Shown piece by piece: positions 38,398-47,003 of a stretch of DNA of 64,000 bases. The stretch's first letter is position 1. Every line of letters starts with the position of its first letter. The notes beneath the pieces were generated by a model that ran no database searches, was not told where the DNA came from, and saw only the letters and a list, made by a program, of their open reading frames with translations. Made by a program: the position numbers and the translations under genes. The stretch comes from Nanobdellota archaeon (GTDB taxonomy: Archaea; Nanobdellota; Nanobdellia; Woesearchaeales; JACQSR01). Location: NCBI GenBank assembly GCA_042577505.1, contig JBHPEA010000001.1, forward strand, positions 23,880-87,879. Direction: 5' to 3'.

Positions 38398-38886
38398 ATG
38401 AAAGAGGTTCGACCAGATATAAGGGGAGCAATGCTCGTAGAAGGAGTAAAATCACTAGCTCCAGTATTATTGATAGTATTGGTCATAGTAATATCGAAAT
38501 TGTTCGGTATAACTGACATAATTGCCGATGCTGGAATAATAACAGAGTACTTCCCTAATATGGGTGGTTTAGCAAACACGGCTATCATGATGGTTGTCAT
38601 CGTGGTGGTAATGATATTAGCGCTTGTGTTTATGTCAACAAGAAACACAAGGTATGAACTATATCCAGACAGAATTATTGAGTATAAAGGATTACTCAAA
38701 GAAAAAGCAGGTATGGAAATTCCGATATCAAACATCGCAAGGACTACAATCAAGATGTACCCTTTTGTTAACATTGGAAAAATCAAACTCGAACTTTCGG
38801 GAATGGAAAAAGAAAGCAAAAATTTAGATTACATCGAAAATCCAACCGAAATCACACAAGAAATTGAGGCATTGAAAGGAAAATGA
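38398..38886 (+). CDS. Bacterial-PH (bPH_2-like) domain membrane protein
   Basis: Two TM helices then 'TRYEL..DRIIEYKGLL...EIPISNI....G.I.L...LDYIENP'; real start follows the tRNA. Confidence 0.7.
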   Translation: MKEVRPDIRGAMLVEGVKSLAPVLLIVLVIVISKLFGITDIIADAGIITEYFPNMGGLANTAIMMVVIVVVMILALVFMSTRNTRYELYPDRIIEYKGLLKEKAGMEIPISNIARTTIKMYPFVNIGKIKLELSGMEKESKNLDYIENPTEITQEIEALKGK

Positions 38887-39245
38887 AAAAAACAGGATCT
38901 TCAAACGAACACCTGATGGGACTTATTGCTAGTTTGAAGAAGGCTTCAATTGAGCAAAATAATAATTTATGGAAAAGAATCGCAACAGATTTAGAAAAAC
39001 CTTCAAGAAAAAGAAGATCTATTAACTTAGGAAAAATTGCAAAAGTATCTAAAGAAAATGATCATATAATAGTTCCTGGAAAAGTATTAGGGAGTGGAAA
39101 TTTACCTCATAAACTTACCATTTCTGCTTTCCAATTCTCAGGAAGCGCATTAGAAAAACTCCAACAAATCGGAGCTTCAATAGTCCCACTTAATGATTTA
39201 TTAAAAGAAAAACCAAATGGAAAAAAACTTAGAATTATAGGTTAA
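38883..39245 (+). CDS. rpl18e: 50S ribosomal protein L18e
   Basis: 'WKRIA..L.KP.R.R..INL.KI', 'VPGKVLGSG', 'AFQFS'. Confidence 0.96.
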   Translation: MKKTGSSNEHLMGLIASLKKASIEQNNNLWKRIATDLEKPSRKRRSINLGKIAKVSKENDHIIVPGKVLGSGNLPHKLTISAFQFSGSALEKLQQIGASIVPLNDLLKEKPNGKKLRIIG

Positions 39246-39246
39246 A

Positions 39247-39663
39247 ATGATAATCGACGCAAATAACAAAATCGTAGGAAGAATTGCAACAGTAGCTGCT
39301 AAAGCCTCTTTATTAGGTGAGAATGTAGACATTGTTAACTGCGAAAATTCATTTGTATCTGGGAATAAATATTCAGTAATTAAAGATTTTGAACACAAAA
39401 GAGAAAGAGGAAGCATGGCAAAAGGACCTTTTTGGCCAAGAAACCCAGAGAGGGTTGTAAGGAGAATAATCAGGGGCATGTTACCTTATAAGGCGGAAAG
39501 AGGAAGGAAAGCTTTCGAGAGGATTAAGTGCTATGTCGGAGTTCCGGATGGTATGGATATTACCAACTCAGAGAAAGTTAAGGGAGCTGAGATAACCAAA
39601 TTGAAAACATTAAATTATATTCAACTAAAAGACGTTTGTAAACAACTAGGTGCAAAAATATGA
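39247..39663 (+). CDS. rpl13: 50S ribosomal protein L13
   Basis: 'IIDA...IVGRIA', 'GPFWPR.P', 'IRGMLPYK..RG'. Confidence 0.96.
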   Translation: MIIDANNKIVGRIATVAAKASLLGENVDIVNCENSFVSGNKYSVIKDFEHKRERGSMAKGPFWPRNPERVVRRIIRGMLPYKAERGRKAFERIKCYVGVPDGMDITNSEKVKGAEITKLKTLNYIQLKDVCKQLGAKI

Positions 39664-40058
39664 AGACAATAGTTACATCGGGAAAAAGAAAGCGAGCAAT
39701 AGCAAGAGTTGCATTAAAAGAAGGTACTGGAAAATTAAGAGTAAACAACCTATCTATTGATAATTTCAAACCTACTATGTATAAATTGAAAATTCAAGAA
39801 CCATTGCTAATAGCATCAGACATAAGTCCTAAAATTGATATTGAAGTTAATATTAATGGCGGCGGAATGAGTTCACAAGCAGATGCTGCAAGGTTAGGTA
39901 TAGCTAAAGCACTAGTTCAATATTCAAAAGGAGATAAATTGAAAGAAACATTCCTTAATTATGATAGAACTTTGTTAGTAGGAGATGTTAGGCGTAAAGA
40001 AGTTTGCAAACCTAACGACTCTAAAGCTCGTGCTAAGAGGCAGAAGAGTTACAGATAG
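39660..40058 (+). CDS. rps9: 30S ribosomal protein S9
   Basis: 'SGKRKRAIAR', 'GGG..SQADA', 'YDRTLLVGD.R', 'ARAKRQKSYR'. Confidence 0.97.
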   Translation: MKTIVTSGKRKRAIARVALKEGTGKLRVNNLSIDNFKPTMYKLKIQEPLLIASDISPKIDIEVNINGGGMSSQADAARLGIAKALVQYSKGDKLKETFLNYDRTLLVGDVRRKEVCKPNDSKARAKRQKSYR

Positions 40059-40204
40059 TTAGTCTTTAATTAGTAGTAACACACAGATTATTCTTTACTT
40101 CGAAAGTACCCACAGGACATTCGAAGATTTTTCTCGAAGATAGACCACTGGTCATCGGACATGTTCATGTGAGATATAAAAATCATTATTCACTTTCTTT
40201 CATA

Positions 40205-40376
40205 AAAAGAACACGCAAAACTGCCAAATTATGATTTTCGGTTAACTTGGAAATTTTCAATTTCTAAGTTCCCAGAAATCTTCGATTTCTGAGGACACCA
40301 AAAATCAATTACACAGTTTTGCTTAATGTTCTTTTCTTAATTGGGATTTCTTTTATGAAACGAAAAGAAATCTCAA
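40205..40376. other. Multi-branched inverted-repeat structure upstream of the endonuclease gene
   Basis: Three nested stems closing two hairpins, followed by a 14-bp hairpin (coordinates given in findings). Confidence 0.7.
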
Positions 40377-40406
40377 CAATAGAATGGGATTCTTGGAGTT
40401 AGCAAA

Positions 40407-41660
40407 ATGAAAGAAGAGAAAATAGATATGTTAGAATTTGTTCCTAAAGAGGTAATTAGCGGAAAAAACCATAATCACTATAGGTTGAACACAGACAAGG
40501 ATAACTTGTATATCTATTTGAATTACCAGGTTGATCAACATAATTCAAAGAGAGAACATTCTTGGACAATCCCGAGGTATATTTCGAGAACAAGTAATAT
40601 GTTTGAAGTTTTGGGTTTATTAAAAGCGGAGATGGGAAAGAAATGTGATGGGAAAATTGTTTTTTGTAACCATGAATTCAAATTAGTTAATAAGATCCTT
40701 GATTGGTTTGAAAGGGAATTAGAGTTTGGAAAAGAAAAGTGGAAGTGGTACATTAAAGTTAATATTAATGAACCATTGAATTTTTTTTACCGAAAGGAAA
40801 TTGAAGAAAAGGTTGTAAATCATTGGGCAAAAAATACTAATCTACCAATCGATCAATCATATCCAAAGAAAGTGAGTTATATTAGTAACACAAAAAATAC
40901 CCAAATTAAGTTTTTTGATTTTGGATCTCTGATAATTGAACGAAAAGTGAATCTGTTTAGTCAGATAGTAAAGAATTTTGTAGAGGCAATGTCAAAAAAT
41001 ATTCTTAACTTTGAAGACAATGAAATAAGATCTTTCATGAGGGGAATAATCGCAGGGGAATCTAATATAGAACTGCATAAAGCTTCAAAACATTATAGGG
41101 TGTATATCACTGCTAAATATTATGAAGAAAGAAAAATGTATCAAGATTGTTTAAAGAGACTAGGGATTGACTCAACGAATTATGAAAACTTTGAAGGATT
41201 AATAATCTCTAAAAAACAAAACAACCTCCAACTCTTAAAACAAAAATTAGTCTGCTTAAGCCCTAAAAAATATAACAAGTTTCTAAGAATGGTGGGTATG
41301 TATCAAGATATCCAAGATTCGAGATATTTTACTGGTATAAAGATACCACATAATATGATTCCGGATGAAATAGTAAATGAAGCTATTATACTTCATCTTG
41401 AGAATCCTATTTTACCTTGCTGGAAAATTGCTGAATTATTAGATATTAGTCCAATTAAAGTTAACCGAATTTTAAAAGAGCATAATTTAGGAAAAAGATT
41501 ACCCAAGACATCGAAAGATAAAATTAGTGAAATCATCAAAATACATAATGAAAATCCTAGATTGCACGCTTATCAAATTGCAAAAATGTGCGGTGTTCAA
41601 GAAGGTGTAGTATGGAGAATTAGAAGGAAACATAGACTAAAAAAGATCCAAAAGCTTTAA
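40407..41660 (+). CDS. Free-standing LAGLIDADG/DOD-like homing endonuclease with C-terminal HTH repeats
   Basis: Two LAGLIDADG-like helices, 'FEVLGLLKAEMG' and 'SFMRGIIAGESNI'; 'CLKRLGIDS'; HTH-like 'WKIAELLDISPIKVNRIL' and 'YQIAKMCGVQEGVVWRIRR'. Confidence 0.7.
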   Translation: MKEEKIDMLEFVPKEVISGKNHNHYRLNTDKDNLYIYLNYQVDQHNSKREHSWTIPRYISRTSNMFEVLGLLKAEMGKKCDGKIVFCNHEFKLVNKILDWFERELEFGKEKWKWYIKVNINEPLNFFYRKEIEEKVVNHWAKNTNLPIDQSYPKKVSYISNTKNTQIKFFDFGSLIIERKVNLFSQIVKNFVEAMSKNILNFEDNEIRSFMRGIIAGESNIELHKASKHYRVYITAKYYEERKMYQDCLKRLGIDSTNYENFEGLIISKKQNNLQLLKQKLVCLSPKKYNKFLRMVGMYQDIQDSRYFTGIKIPHNMIPDEIVNEAIILHLENPILPCWKIAELLDISPIKVNRILKEHNLGKRLPKTSKDKISEIIKIHNENPRLHAYQIAKMCGVQEGVVWRIRRKHRLKKIQKL

Positions 41661-41686
41661 AAATGGATGTGGTCTCCTTTGACTAT

Positions 41687-41884
41687 ATGATAATACCAAT
41701 TCGTTGTTGGAGCTGCGGAAAACCCATTGCACAGTTATGGGAAGAGTACAAAGAGAGAGTTGAGAAAGGCGAGCAAAAAAAGAAAGTCATGGACGAACTT
41801 GGCTTAGAAAGATATTGCTGCAGATCCATGTTCTTAGGAAATGTCGAACTAATAGAAACAGCAGCAGCTTTTAAGAAGAATTAA
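41687..41884 (+). CDS. rpoN: RNA polymerase subunit N (Rpo10)
   Basis: 'MIIPIRCWSCGK', 'LGLERYCCRSM'. Confidence 0.96.
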   Translation: MIIPIRCWSCGKPIAQLWEEYKERVEKGEQKKKVMDELGLERYCCRSMFLGNVELIETAAAFKKN

Positions 41885-43259
41885 TTTCATTTCCTTCTTT
41901 CTTTAACATATGCCAATGCATAGGTTGACCTGTCAATACTTTTAGAATACCTAAATTCACATAGTAAGTTACAACAAGCCCATAACTAAACGATGCCATA
42001 AACACTTTATCCACTCTTGCCATATCTTTATCCATAATAACTGCAACTAGACTAGCTATCAACAAACCACTTGTTAGCAAAATATTCCTACTCATCTCCC
42101 CAAAGAACCTTGGCAGATCCATTGGGCCAGGTGGGTGTGTAATGAATGCTAATGTACCAAATAATAACAAGGTAAACAAAAGGAAAGTAAACATATATCC
42201 TGAACAAAATGAGAAAATAGCAAATTTAGATCTAAAACCCAATCTCCTACTCATCAATGCTCTCCAATGCATTTTAACAGAAGAAAAAACACCATAAGCC
42301 CATCTCATCTGTTGTTTATACAAATCCTTTGATGTATGTGGAACTTCACACCCACATTCCAAATCTTCTAAATAAATTAACTTTTTATTTTTAAGCAATA
42401 ATCTAATTGAACATTCAATATCTTCAGTCATACTTCCAGATAACCATCCACCAACTTCTATCAAATCCTTCTTTCTAATAGCCTCAGCAGAACCACAAAG
42501 CAAAGATACTTTTCCAAAATTCTTTACAAAAGGCATGATAAAATAGTGGAACACTTTGCTCATCGTGGCACCGAGCATTGTTATCAAATTTGTATTGGGA
42601 TTTATTATCTTCCACCTTGATTGAACGACTGATAGGTCTGGAATATGTTGATAAGGAGCAATTAACCTTCTCAAAAAATCTCTCTCAGGTAAAAAATCAG
42701 AATCAAATAAAACTAATATTTCTCCATTTGAGAATTTTAATAAATTATTAAGATTCCCTGGCTTATATCCAACATTTCTTTCCCTCTTGAAAACCTTGAT
42801 TTGTTCATGTGCATTTGCAAATTCAATTATCTTTTTCGAAATCTCTGGATTATTGCTATCATCACCTATCAATATTTCAAACTTATCTTTAGGATAATCA
42901 AATTCTAAACACCTTTTAGCACAATTTAATGCAGCAAGCTCATTTAAAGTTGGAATCTGAATAGAAACATAAGGTGCTTTTTCAGTGTCAAAAGAATAAT
43001 GATGAGTTTTTTTCTTAGATGTTAACTTATGAATCATTACAACATAAAATAACACAGATATTACGACAGTAACACCTAAGAAAGCATAGAATGTATTATT
43101 GAAAACCAAGTGTGTAAAATCTAGAAAATCTCTTCCAGCAGCATTGTACCACTCGAAAAATTCCCTTCCAGACACAACCGACCAATGTATTGCGTTTCTC
43201 AGAAACTCCGGTATCATTCTCCAAAATACTGTATTTCCCTCCTTATTATTCCAAGACAA
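41871..43259 (-). CDS. GT2 processive (cellulose-synthase-like) membrane glycosyltransferase
   Basis: 'VSIQIP..NE', 'DDS', 'GYKPGNLN', 'FDSDF', 'TED', 'QQMRW' (QxxRW); start may be 43217. Confidence 0.9.
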   Translation of the reverse strand: MSWNNKEGNTVFWRMIPEFLRNAIHWSVVSGREFFEWYNAAGRDFLDFTHLVFNNTFYAFLGVTVVISVLFYVVMIHKLTSKKKTHHYSFDTEKAPYVSIQIPTLNELAALNCAKRCLEFDYPKDKFEILIGDDSNNPEISKKIIEFANAHEQIKVFKRERNVGYKPGNLNNLLKFSNGEILVLFDSDFLPERDFLRRLIAPYQHIPDLSVVQSRWKIINPNTNLITMLGATMSKVFHYFIMPFVKNFGKVSLLCGSAEAIRKKDLIEVGGWLSGSMTEDIECSIRLLLKNKKLIYLEDLECGCEVPHTSKDLYKQQMRWAYGVFSSVKMHWRALMSRRLGFRSKFAIFSFCSGYMFTFLLFTLLLFGTLAFITHPPGPMDLPRFFGEMSRNILLTSGLLIASLVAVIMDKDMARVDKVFMASFSYGLVVTYYVNLGILKVLTGQPMHWHMLKKEGNEINSS

Positions 43260-43317
43260 ATATTAGCATTTAAAAACATTTTGGAGGGAAAGCAGAAAAA
43301 TTCAGAAAATAAGATTT

Positions 43318-43581
43318 CTACAGTGAAAGCAACCAAGTTTCCAATGAAGGGAAAAGAAGTATGATGACATATAGAAATCCAAACCAAAGTGGCAATATAC
43401 CTAATATTATCCCTGTGATAGCATACCACTTTCCTCCATAGACTTCAGGCTTCTTTTTAATCTCTCTAAGTGCTTTAAAACCATTATAAATAGCAAAAAC
43501 TCCCAATATTAGATTAAAGAGAGGAACAAAAAAGAATAGTCCCAGTATAAATGAAGTTTTTGCTCTAACTTTATTCTTCAT
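43318..43581 (-). CDS. DUF4190-like small membrane protein
   Basis: 'A.TSFILG...G.KALREIK....GGKWYAITGIILG'. Confidence 0.75.
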   Translation of the reverse strand: MKNKVRAKTSFILGLFFFVPLFNLILGVFAIYNGFKALREIKKKPEVYGGKWYAITGIILGILPLWFGFLYVIILLFPSLETWLLSL

Positions 43582-43645
43582 AAAATGAGATTAATGCCCC
43601 CCTTAAAAAGACTTTTGCAAAAAATTTTTAAATGGTTAAATACTC

Positions 43646-44236
43646 TTGAATTGCATGGATAAATATGAAAAAGGAGGTATTGTAGTAACAATTCTGATCC
43701 AATTAGGTTTTATGTTTGCAGGATTTCTTGAAGGTCGTTTTTGGTTCTATCCTGATAACCTTATTTTCATCGCCCTTGCTATTATTGCATATGTTTACTT
43801 TGATAGACTAAGATTAAACATTGGAATGTTAATTCTAGCAAATGTTTTTTTTGTCTTACACGCATTAGGTTTTGCAGATTTTTATGCATTAAACCTACTT
43901 GGAATACCTTATGATAAAATCCTTCACTGGTACGGATTCGTTGTTGTTAGTATTCTGTTAATGAGGGTCCTTCCTAAAAGAATGAAGTTAACTAATCTTA
44001 AAAAATTCTTGATAATTGTTCTAATGTGTGTTGGTATTGGAGGAATTACCGAAATGGTTGAATTCAGCGGATTCTATTTCCTTGGCGAAGGAGAAGGATT
44101 CTTCTTTTTTGGTGCAGGAGATGGTGGATCAAAACTCCAAGGTTCTTGGCAAAACGCAATGACAGACATGATGGCAAACTTATTGGGTGCGATAACAGGA
44201 GTTATATTAGTACTTGTTTCTAAAAAATTTAGCTAA
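43646..44236 (+). CDS. DUF2238/VanZ-like membrane protein
   Basis: 'YDKILH', 'EMVEF', 'MTDMMANLLGA'. Confidence 0.7.
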   Translation: MNCMDKYEKGGIVVTILIQLGFMFAGFLEGRFWFYPDNLIFIALAIIAYVYFDRLRLNIGMLILANVFFVLHALGFADFYALNLLGIPYDKILHWYGFVVVSILLMRVLPKRMKLTNLKKFLIIVLMCVGIGGITEMVEFSGFYFLGEGEGFFFFGAGDGGSKLQGSWQNAMTDMMANLLGAITGVILVLVSKKFS

Positions 44237-44268
44237 TTTTATATAGTGGTACTACCAATTATCCCCTT

Positions 44269-44862
44269 ATGAAATACATCATATTAATTTTATTATCTTT
44301 AATCTTATCAAGTTGTTGCATTGATCAAGAGATTTGCAGAGATCCTGACTACAAAGATTGTTGCCCCAAAGATTGGGTATGTACTGATGGAATTGAATGC
44401 AAGGGATGCGGAGATGAAGTGTGCAACCTTGATGAAAACGTATCGACTTGTTCTAAAGATTGTGTAGAACCACAAATGTTTACTATTGCGGTTCATGATG
44501 AATTATTCAACGTAATGATTACTGATCCAGAAGAGATTGAATTGGCAAAAGAAGTATATTTCGGAATTGATCCCAGTAAAGGAAGTTGGAAAATGATTAT
44601 CGGTGATCTTGCTTTAGGGAATGATGGTTACAATGCAGATTGGAGTTGGCACTTAATCCCAAATACTGTAAGAGTGATAGATTCTAGTATCGAAGTTTGT
44701 GATGGAACTCCAAGCCATGTTGAAAACAATTTAAAATATTGGATGAACGTAGTTGGAGATTTCTGTCCTTGGGCAAGTAAGGTAGTCGGAATTTGCGGAG
44801 ATAGTATTTGTGACTATGAAGAAAAAGATTTCTGCTTTGGAGATTGTGGAGAACCCTCCTAG
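44269..44862 (+). CDS. Cys-rich putative lipoprotein with BP74-like domain
   Basis: 'LSSC'; 'GYNADWSWHL.P', 'IEVCDG.P..VE', 'FCPW.S'. Confidence 0.65.
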   Translation: MKYIILILLSLILSSCCIDQEICRDPDYKDCCPKDWVCTDGIECKGCGDEVCNLDENVSTCSKDCVEPQMFTIAVHDELFNVMITDPEEIELAKEVYFGIDPSKGSWKMIIGDLALGNDGYNADWSWHLIPNTVRVIDSSIEVCDGTPSHVENNLKYWMNVVGDFCPWASKVVGICGDSICDYEEKDFCFGDCGEPS

Positions 44863-44903
44863 ATAGCTAATTTTATATACTATCTTTGTAAAAATAACTA
44901 GTT

Positions 44904-46934
44904 ATGAACAAATTATTAATAATTATTATTCTACTCTCTACTTTACTATTTTTATCAAGCTGTGAATGTATAGGAAGGGAACTCTGCGAGGATCCTGATT
45001 ATATACACGAATGTTGTGATTGGGGGATGCAATGTTTAAATGGGGTTAAGTGTATAATAGGTTCTTGCGGTGATGGTTTCTGCGAACGAGGTGAAGAAGA
45101 AACCTGTCCTGAAGATTGTGTATATTTTGCCTTAAATGTAACAGATATCCTTGGAAAATATGTATTATTGAATAGCCAAACTACTGGTAAGATAGATTTT
45201 TTTTCTTTTGACTGGGGTGATGGAACAACAGTCGTAGGAAACTTCCCACAAGAACACAAATACAATTACCCTGGCACATACAATATCAGTGTTAAAGCAT
45301 ACAAGAATGAATCCATGATTCTAGAAAAATCATCCACAATAAATATTGATGATTCCTGCATTATTAGTGGTATACCTATAACTAAGAATACTATGTTGGA
45401 TTTTGAAAATGATGTAAAGTATGACGTCATTGACATCTTAGAGGTATCAGCCACGCAAGTATCAAAAGAATATTTACAACTTTCCTTAATAGTCAAGAAT
45501 CCTAATGTTCCCTTTATGGGGCATGCAGGTCCAAGATTTAATTTCCATATCGACACCCTTGATACTCGTGGTGGAGAAGATTATCGAATAGAGATAATAG
45601 ATGTTAGTGGGTCGGGAGTAAATGAAACATGGCATTCATGGCTTATGAATAATAATGAAAATGGAAGGATAATCCAGCACTACCCCTCTATTAAATTAGG
45701 AAACACTTTCATAACATTAGTTCCACTTAATTTAATGCAACGGGAGCGTGATACTATAATCGTAAGAACAGAATCTTCTTGGCAAAACATAAATGATCAC
45801 GTCAATAGTTTTTCAATCACCTTAAATAATACGGACACACCAATAGTATCTATTGATTCCTCCGGTGATAAAATTTTTGGAAATAATGCACATTTCAACA
45901 ATTTAAGCAAAGGAGGATTATTAACTTTTAACCTAGTAGATAACTTTGGCCCAAAACCAATTAATTTCCCTGTCGAATTTTATAGTAGTTTTGAAAAAAG
46001 ATTAAACATCATAGAAAAAGATACTTTTATTGGTAATGGTGTTGGGATATCAATGGTGTATGCATATATCGATAACTGCTTTGTTGTCCCAGAACCAATA
46101 GTTGTAAATAATGGCAACTTTCTTTATGAAGGAACAAGGACAGCCTTTATTCTCGGAAACAATTATACCCAATATTCTTGGGCAACACAAATTACTGATA
46201 TCTTGAGTCAAATTGAATCCAATTTAGTTGGTAATGATCCTCATGAAGGCCAATTTCTGATAGTAGATGAGAGGGATAGCAACGTATTAGCAGGCCCTGA
46301 AGATCCAAATCCAATACCTGTTCCACTATATACCCCTACTAGTCCTATGAATGCCTGGTGGTATTTTGGACATGAATATGGCCATCACTTCCATGGAAAT
46401 ATTTTCATATTTACTCAATTAGTACCGGGTCAATATGGAGAATCCCTCCCCTCTGAAATATCACTTTATGCTTTACAGGAGATGATATCTCTACATGAAG
46501 AATTTGGATTAACACCTGAAGTAACGGAAAATCTTCAAAGGAATTTGGATAGTACGAAAGACGATTTCATGAGAGATCTTGGAAAATATGAAGCCGAAGG
46601 CGCTCCTTTCAAAGCTCTTTCTCAATGGCAAACCCCTTATGATCCAAATAATGTATTTAATGGTATGATAGTTAGAATTGAAGAGAATTTTGGAAGAAAT
46701 ACGATAGAGAATTTTTTCAAATTGTTTCAAAAAGATTACAAATTCATTGATCCTCCAGTTATCAATCAGATTAGACCTAATACCTTAGAAGAAACGCACA
46801 CCATGTGGGTTCTTTTATGGAGTCTTGCGGCAGAACAAGACTTGAGACCATTCTTTCAACAATGGAATTACCCAATACAAGAAGAGTATTATAATCGAGT
46901 TAAACCAGTTGTAGAAAGCCTTTTGTTAGTTTAG
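44904..46934 (+). CDS. Putative lipoprotein: Cys-rich module + PKD domain + M60-like zinc metallopeptidase
   Basis: 'LSSC'; PKD 'FDWGDGT....HKY..PGTYNI'; 'HEYGHHFH' with downstream E; 'DLRPFFQQW'. Confidence 0.75.
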   Translation: MNKLLIIIILLSTLLFLSSCECIGRELCEDPDYIHECCDWGMQCLNGVKCIIGSCGDGFCERGEEETCPEDCVYFALNVTDILGKYVLLNSQTTGKIDFFSFDWGDGTTVVGNFPQEHKYNYPGTYNISVKAYKNESMILEKSSTINIDDSCIISGIPITKNTMLDFENDVKYDVIDILEVSATQVSKEYLQLSLIVKNPNVPFMGHAGPRFNFHIDTLDTRGGEDYRIEIIDVSGSGVNETWHSWLMNNNENGRIIQHYPSIKLGNTFITLVPLNLMQRERDTIIVRTESSWQNINDHVNSFSITLNNTDTPIVSIDSSGDKIFGNNAHFNNLSKGGLLTFNLVDNFGPKPINFPVEFYSSFEKRLNIIEKDTFIGNGVGISMVYAYIDNCFVVPEPIVVNNGNFLYEGTRTAFILGNNYTQYSWATQITDILSQIESNLVGNDPHEGQFLIVDERDSNVLAGPEDPNPIPVPLYTPTSPMNAWWYFGHEYGHHFHGNIFIFTQLVPGQYGESLPSEISLYALQEMISLHEEFGLTPEVTENLQRNLDSTKDDFMRDLGKYEAEGAPFKALSQWQTPYDPNNVFNGMIVRIEENFGRNTIENFFKLFQKDYKFIDPPVINQIRPNTLEETHTMWVLLWSLAAEQDLRPFFQQWNYPIQEEYYNRVKPVVESLLLV

Positions 46935-47003
46935 ACAAAACCCAAGCCTGTTCTAGCTATTTTCCACTAAACATTTAAAAGTCACTTCTTTTTTCTATGC
47001 ACA

